Positions 16,088-20,000 of a stretch of 20,000 nt of DNA are shown piece by piece; within the stretch, counting starts at the first letter, position 1; each line of letters begins with the position of its first letter. The stretch comes from an uncultured virus (IMG/VR IMGVR_UViG_3300013131_000040) (Duplodnaviria; Heunggongvirae; Uroviricota; Caudoviricetes), in the IMG/VR virus record IMGVR_UViG_3300013131_000040, one strand, 5' to 3'. A program made the position numbers and the translations under genes. The notes under the pieces were generated by a model that was given only the letters and a program-made list of their open reading frames with translations, did no database searches and had not been told where the DNA came from.

Positions 16088-16332
16088 AAGAGAGATCAAT
16101 GGACAATAGCAATAGCGATAAAGTACGCCTAACAGGAACCGTAACAAACGTCAACAACTCGATCATTTTCGTTGACGTTAAGCACGGGGATAGCCAATTT
16201 AGTATCACCGCTTATCCTGGCGGCAAGCTACGCAAGAACTCAATCATGATTACCCTAGGAGATACGGTAGACGTAGAGGTTAGCCCTTACGACCTTACCA
16301 AGGGTAGGATCGTATACCGGCACGCAAAATGA
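16084..16332 (+). CDS. infA: translation initiation factor IF-1
   Basis: G.V......F.V...[31 protein letters not shown] is the IF-1 signature. Start may be ATG 16099. Confidence 0.95.
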   Translation: MKERSMDNSNSDKVRLTGTVTNVNNSIIFVDVKHGDSQFSITAYPGGKLRKNSIMITLGDTVDVEVSPYDLTKGRIVYRHAK

Positions 16333-16628
16333 TGGGAATTTTCGTAAATCACCCACTGCCGTGGAATGCTGTATCTGATGGCAGCCAGGCTCGCATAACA
16401 GATGCAAATGGCGGCTCGGTGCCGTTGCAATCCGGTAATATCCAGCAAGCCTCGCTAATTGCGTCACTGGCAAACACACTGCAGGCGACTACCGATGCGC
16501 TGCTGGCGGCAGAATATGCCTTCCTTTGGATGGAGGCGCAAGGCTGCGTTATAGAAGATGGCGGAACGGACGCAGCGTTAAAGGTAAGCGGCGTGCTGGA
16601 TGATTTGCGGGAAGGCGGCTTGGTGTGA
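16329..16628 (+). CDS. hypothetical protein (99 aa)
   Basis: ATGA overlap with infA. N-terminal HPLPW...I.DANG pattern is common in small phage proteins. Confidence 0.65.
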   Translation: MMGIFVNHPLPWNAVSDGSQARITDANGGSVPLQSGNIQQASLIASLANTLQATTDALLAAEYAFLWMEAQGCVIEDGGTDAALKVSGVLDDLREGGLV

Positions 16629-16867
16629 GCGAACTAAAACAGACTATTGCCGCTGACGCCGGGTTTGCCAAAAATCATGCGCTCAGGAGTGCGGCCATAG
16701 TGCAGTCACTAGCTGAGCTAGTAGCGCTCGCTGCTTCTGATGAAGAAGTGGTGTCTGCGCTCGCCAGCAGGAAATCCGCTATTACTCGAGGCTCCGATGA
16801 TGCCTTTCTAGAAGAAGGAATTATTAACTTCTATCTGAAATCAGTTAAAATGAATGAGGAAAAATGA
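16625..16867 (+). CDS. hypothetical protein (80 aa)
   Basis: GTGA and ATGA overlaps at the two ends. Confidence 0.65.
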   Translation: MSELKQTIAADAGFAKNHALRSAAIVQSLAELVALAASDEEVVSALASRKSAITRGSDDAFLEEGIINFYLKSVKMNEEK

Positions 16868-17736
16868 CAGTAAGCTCAAAGAACAACGGCATCCGCTTGG
16901 CGGAAGAGATTCCAAACATCTTCGAATCTATCCGACCAGCCCTGATCAAGATTGCCCTTGGCTACCGGGTGCCTGATGCGCGGGCGTGCGTAGACGAATG
17001 GCAGGCCAAAGCTTTCTTTATCTCCAAGAAGTTTGATGACGGGGTGCTCCATACGAAGCAGCTAGCGGACGAGACTATCAAGGGGCTTGTCGAAGTCGCC
17101 GACGCAGATATTGATTTTCTAAAAGTATTCAAGTCTTATCTGAAGATTTCCTTCAAGAATGATCTCAATCGCGAGTATTCATCCCGCAAGCGAACGCGCT
17201 ATATCGCCGATATCGTAGAAAAATCTTCCGCTGGCAATGGCGGCGAAGAAGGCAACTCCAGCATGGAAGATTATCTGTGCGGAGTGGTTCCACCAGCAGC
17301 AGACACGGTTTCTGACTCAGGCAATATCCCTGATCTGCTAGCCGTCGTATGCGCTGACCTTGAAAAAGCAAAGCGCGGAGCGGTCCTCGCCGTTGACCTA
17401 GCAAACGTGGCGTTTCTTGAGGCTCTTCGCCTATCCCTGCTAAATCTTGGCCAGTTCTGGCACAGCGATCCTGTCATTCCCTATATCGGATGCGAACACA
17501 ACAAGAACTATTTCGACTCTGAATTTCGAGATATGCTTACGCCTCGAGTCCTCTTCTACATGTCTCAGGCTGCCCTTGCCGAGCAGTCACCCGCAGTAGC
17601 CAGCCGGATTTCGGACATCTGCCTTAGCCATGCTGGCATGGCTATCCAGCGTCGAATGTACCGCTACTTCTTTGGCTACCAGGGTGGCCTCCAGAAGAGG
17701 ATTCCGCGAATGAAACTTGGAAAGGATAAGCGATGA
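16864..17736 (+). CDS. putative divergent sigma-70-family factor (region 2-like N-terminus)
   Basis: IFESIRPALIKIALGY...DARACVDE...ISKKFD...FKSYLKISFKNDLNREYSSRKR follows the sigma region 2 pattern (YRPLI.KIA..Y...DAEDLVQE...KKFD...FKTYL...IKN...D..RK.KR). Region 4 is not clearly recognisable. GAGGA RBS. Confidence 0.55.
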   Translation: MTVSSKNNGIRLAEEIPNIFESIRPALIKIALGYRVPDARACVDEWQAKAFFISKKFDDGVLHTKQLADETIKGLVEVADADIDFLKVFKSYLKISFKNDLNREYSSRKRTRYIADIVEKSSAGNGGEEGNSSMEDYLCGVVPPAADTVSDSGNIPDLLAVVCADLEKAKRGAVLAVDLANVAFLEALRLSLLNLGQFWHSDPVIPYIGCEHNKNYFDSEFRDMLTPRVLFYMSQAALAEQSPAVASRISDICLSHAGMAIQRRMYRYFFGYQGGLQKRIPRMKLGKDKR

Positions 17737-17984
17737 ACTACCTGGGACTAAGCGAAAAAGAATTCCGTACCATTGCCAATGCAGTAGCTCCAGATGGCTG
17801 GACACAGGGCACGGGCAAGGCAGCCAAGCCGATCCCTTCTGCGGAGCAGATCGAGGCTGTTCGCGCACACCTGAACAAGGCGCTGATGATGGATAAGAAA
17901 AGAGAGTACTTGCAGGCCCTTGTAGAGAGGCTGCGTCCAGAGGTTGAGTTTCGACAGGCACCAGGCAGCACGGGCCTGGCCTAA
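17733..17984 (+). CDS. hypothetical protein (83 aa)
   Basis: ATGA overlap and AAGGA RBS. Its stop codon lies inside repeat copy 3. Confidence 0.6.
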   Translation: MNYLGLSEKEFRTIANAVAPDGWTQGTGKAAKPIPSAEQIEAVRAHLNKALMMDKKREYLQALVERLRPEVEFRQAPGSTGLA

Positions 17985-18003
17985 AGCCGGGTTGCCCCGA
18001 TCC
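17970..18003 (+). repeat. dispersed 34-bp GC-rich element, copy 3 (divergent)
   Basis: ACGGGCCTGGCCTAAAGCCGGGTTGCCCCGATCC followed by GGTGG, as in copy 2. Ungapped alignment with copies 1 and 2. Confidence 0.85.
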
Positions 18004-18026
18004 GGTGGTGCACGGCAGGAGCGAAG

Positions 18027-18386
18027 ATGCTAAGCGAAGCGGACATTATAAATATAGCCAACACCTACCTAGACGCTTATCGCGGGGTGCTTGTAATCGA
18101 CCCCCTGTTGCGGTTTAGCGTAAGGGTTGGCAGCTCTGGCCCCACTTCGTGTCTGGAAAAGGACAGCAATTCAAAACTAAGCTGGCTGCTTCACCTGAAT
18201 GTTAACCAGCATTCCTCGATAGAGGATGTTCGCGATTCGGTAATAGACTTCTTGTCAGAAATTCTCGTGTCTGATATGGATCTCATAGCTGATCCTCTTG
18301 TAAAAGAAATTAAAGAGCGAGTTAGTTGCCGGCTGTTTTGCGCACTGCGCAATGTACTGCCAGATTTGCCAGAGGACGAAGAATGA
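18027..18386 (+). CDS. hypothetical protein (119 aa)
   Basis: AGGAG RBS. Directly after repeat copy 3. Confidence 0.7.
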   Translation: MLSEADIINIANTYLDAYRGVLVIDPLLRFSVRVGSSGPTSCLEKDSNSKLSWLLHLNVNQHSSIEDVRDSVIDFLSEILVSDMDLIADPLVKEIKERVSCRLFCALRNVLPDLPEDEE

Positions 18387-18574
18387 AGAACGTACAGATT
18401 GCGAGTCTCGTCTGCGTCGAATGGGACAAAGAATCAGACAAAGTGTTTCTAAAGTTTGAAGTATTTGATAACAAGTACAAGGACTTTGCACTCCGGGTAG
18501 CCGGCAGAGAAGATATCGCCCTCAATTTAATTGGAGAGCGACTAGAAGCAGAACTTCCAGACGAGGATGCCTAA
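18383..18574 (+). CDS. hypothetical protein (63 aa)
   Basis: ATGA overlap at 18383 with GAGGA RBS, and TAATG overlap with the next gene. Confidence 0.65.
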   Translation: MKNVQIASLVCVEWDKESDKVFLKFEVFDNKYKDFALRVAGREDIALNLIGERLEAELPDEDA

Positions 18575-18912
18575 TGCCACAGTTCCTATATGCTTGCGAA
18601 AAGTGCGGTTTCAAGAAGAAGCACTACTTTAACCCAGATGGCAAACGGTCCCTGTCCTGTGCCCGCTGCGGAGAAGTAGAAGGCTATACGCGGAAGATCG
18701 GCACATTTAATACACACGTCAACTACCAGACCATGGAAGAGATCATGGAGCATGAGATCGATCCAGCTGTAATGCGCACTTACGAAAAGATCGGCACAGA
18801 AATGGTTAATGGCGATGTCAACACTCTTCAGAATCTTGTAGGCGACGAGAAGATGAAGAATACCTTTTACGAGAATGACACCTGGGTTGATCCGTTCGAC
18901 GCACCAGAGTGA
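18574..18912 (+). CDS. FmdB-like zinc-ribbon protein
   Basis: MPQFLYACEKCG...CARCG matches MPxYxYxCxxCG...CxxCG. Acidic C-terminal extension. Confidence 0.75.
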   Translation: MPQFLYACEKCGFKKKHYFNPDGKRSLSCARCGEVEGYTRKIGTFNTHVNYQTMEEIMEHEIDPAVMRTYEKIGTEMVNGDVNTLQNLVGDEKMKNTFYENDTWVDPFDAPE

Positions 18913-18927
18913 CACAGAATTAAAAAC

Positions 18928-19389
18928 ATGCTAAATGTAAAATATCTAAGCCGATGGCTATACGTAGCCGACATGGCTATTTGCTGCGATCTGTGCAGCA
19001 AGGATACGTGGAACGCGCCACTAAGCGAAGAAGATGTTTACGAGAAACACCTGTGGCATGATCCCGCTTGCCCACTATACGGCTCGAAAGAAGCATTTGA
19101 TCATTGGAACTCAGAGTCCGAGCCCAAGCTTGCCCGAGCATATCTTGGCAAGGTCGAAGTTCACAGCCATGGCGAAGGCGCAAGCAGAAAACATACATGC
19201 TGGCTTCGCACTGATGAAGGCAAGCTGCTAAGGCTATCTCCAGTACAAGATGCATTCGACTCTATTCGCCTGGGCACACTAGATGGGGCGAGCGTAGTTG
19301 TCCTAGGCAATCTAGTAGGCCATAACTCATTTTACGACAACAGCAGCGTTTTGTATTTCACCATGATGTTAGATAGGAGTTTGATTTGA
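18928..19389 (+). CDS. hypothetical protein, Cys/His-rich N-terminal half (153 aa)
   Basis: CCDLC...HLWHDPAC could bind metal. TTGA overlap with dut. Confidence 0.6.
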   Translation: MLNVKYLSRWLYVADMAICCDLCSKDTWNAPLSEEDVYEKHLWHDPACPLYGSKEAFDHWNSESEPKLARAYLGKVEVHSHGEGASRKHTCWLRTDEGKLLRLSPVQDAFDSIRLGTLDGASVVVLGNLVGHNSFYDNSSVLYFTMMLDRSLI

Positions 19390-19892
19390 GCCAGCTAGTA
19401 CCACAATTTATCTTTTGCCGCTCAGTCCTAAGCGACCACGTTGATGGCAGCTTCCTGCCAAGCAAGCAGAACGCTAATGATACCGGCTATGACGTAAAGG
19501 CGTGCATCCTAGATGATCAGGGCCAGCCGAGCTCTATCACCCTGCATCCTGATCAGGCCTTCAAGATTGACCTAGGAATTCGCACCATTGCGCCCCCGGG
19601 CTGGTGGCTACAGCTGAATCCCCGCAGCAGCACCTTTGCTAAGCTACATCTAGTATGCCTAGTAGGAGTAGTAGACAATGGTTATGAGGGCGCCATGATG
19701 TTGGCCGGCAAGTATCTTCCGCCAAATGAAGCGACGATTACCATCAACCATGGCGACCGGGTTGGTCAGCTTATTCCAATGCGCCTAGAGCAGATGGATT
19801 GCTTCTGGGTTTCTGATGAAGAGTTTGATAACCAAAGCAAGGCCCGGCACAATACCCGTGGCACAGGCGGCTTTGGCAGCAGCGGCATCTGA
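19386..19892 (+). CDS. dut: trimeric dUTPase
   Basis: All five motifs present: DTGYDV, PRSS, GVVDNGYEG, RVGQLI, RGTGGFGSSG. TTG start with AGGAG RBS. Confidence 0.95.
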   Translation: MSQLVPQFIFCRSVLSDHVDGSFLPSKQNANDTGYDVKACILDDQGQPSSITLHPDQAFKIDLGIRTIAPPGWWLQLNPRSSTFAKLHLVCLVGVVDNGYEGAMMLAGKYLPPNEATITINHGDRVGQLIPMRLEQMDCFWVSDEEFDNQSKARHNTRGTGGFGSSGI

Positions 19893-19947
19893 TTCAGCCA
19901 GCTTGTCCAGTTATTTATCGCGGCGCTAGTGGCGCAAAAGGAAGCAA

Positions 19948-20000
19948 ATGGAACCGCTCAAAAGTCACTACCCGTTTCCTAGCTATCGGCCAGGTATCGA
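19948..20000 (+). CDS. 5' end of a gene cut off by the window edge (MEPLKSHYPFPSYRPGI...)
   Basis: AAGGA RBS then ATG, with an open frame to the end of the window. YPFPSYRPG resembles the start of SF2 (DinG/RecQ-type) helicases, but only 17 codons are visible. Confidence 0.4.
   Translation, partial: MEPLKSHYPFPSYRPGI

Noticed and set aside
878..18003. The 34-bp repeats as a CRISPR array or as IS/transposon ends
   Set aside because: Copies are 7.7 and 9.4 kb apart, not separated by spacer-sized gaps. They are in direct orientation, with no cas, transposase or integrase gene and no target-site duplication visible.
1..20000. Stop-codon reassignment, as seen in some large phages
   Set aside because: Long conserved genes (topoisomerase subunits, uvsE, FtsK, dut) are intact in code 11. 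TAA, TAG and TGA all end genes at sensible boundaries.

Overview
This window looks like part of a large (jumbo-type) dsDNA bacteriophage genome read with the standard bacterial code. It has about 40 tightly packed, mostly + strand ORFs, many short and unassignable. Genes recognisable from motifs are: a 2H phosphoesterase, a small heat-shock protein, UV-damage endonuclease UvsE, a two-subunit type IIA topoisomerase (GyrB/ParE-like plus a GyrA/ParC-like subunit with no C-terminal domain), an HNH-type protein, an SspB-like ClpXP adaptor, a restriction-endonuclease-like protein, an atypical kinase, a bare FtsK motor, translation factor IF-1, a divergent sigma-factor-like protein, an FmdB-type zinc ribbon and a trimeric dUTPase. 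No structural genes, tRNAs, CRISPR arrays or IS elements were seen. The main leads are: (1) a 34-bp GC-rich element repeated three times at gene boundaries, with a CTAAR...CCGATCC core that may be read by the phage sigma-like protein; (2) a perfect hairpin that hides the hsp20 ribosome-binding site and has a TATAAT box at its 5' edge; (3) an SspB homologue with no ClpX-binding tail; (4) a shared N-terminal peptide on two unrelated counter-oriented proteins, one of them the kinase. All assignments come from motif recognition by eye. No database searches were run.
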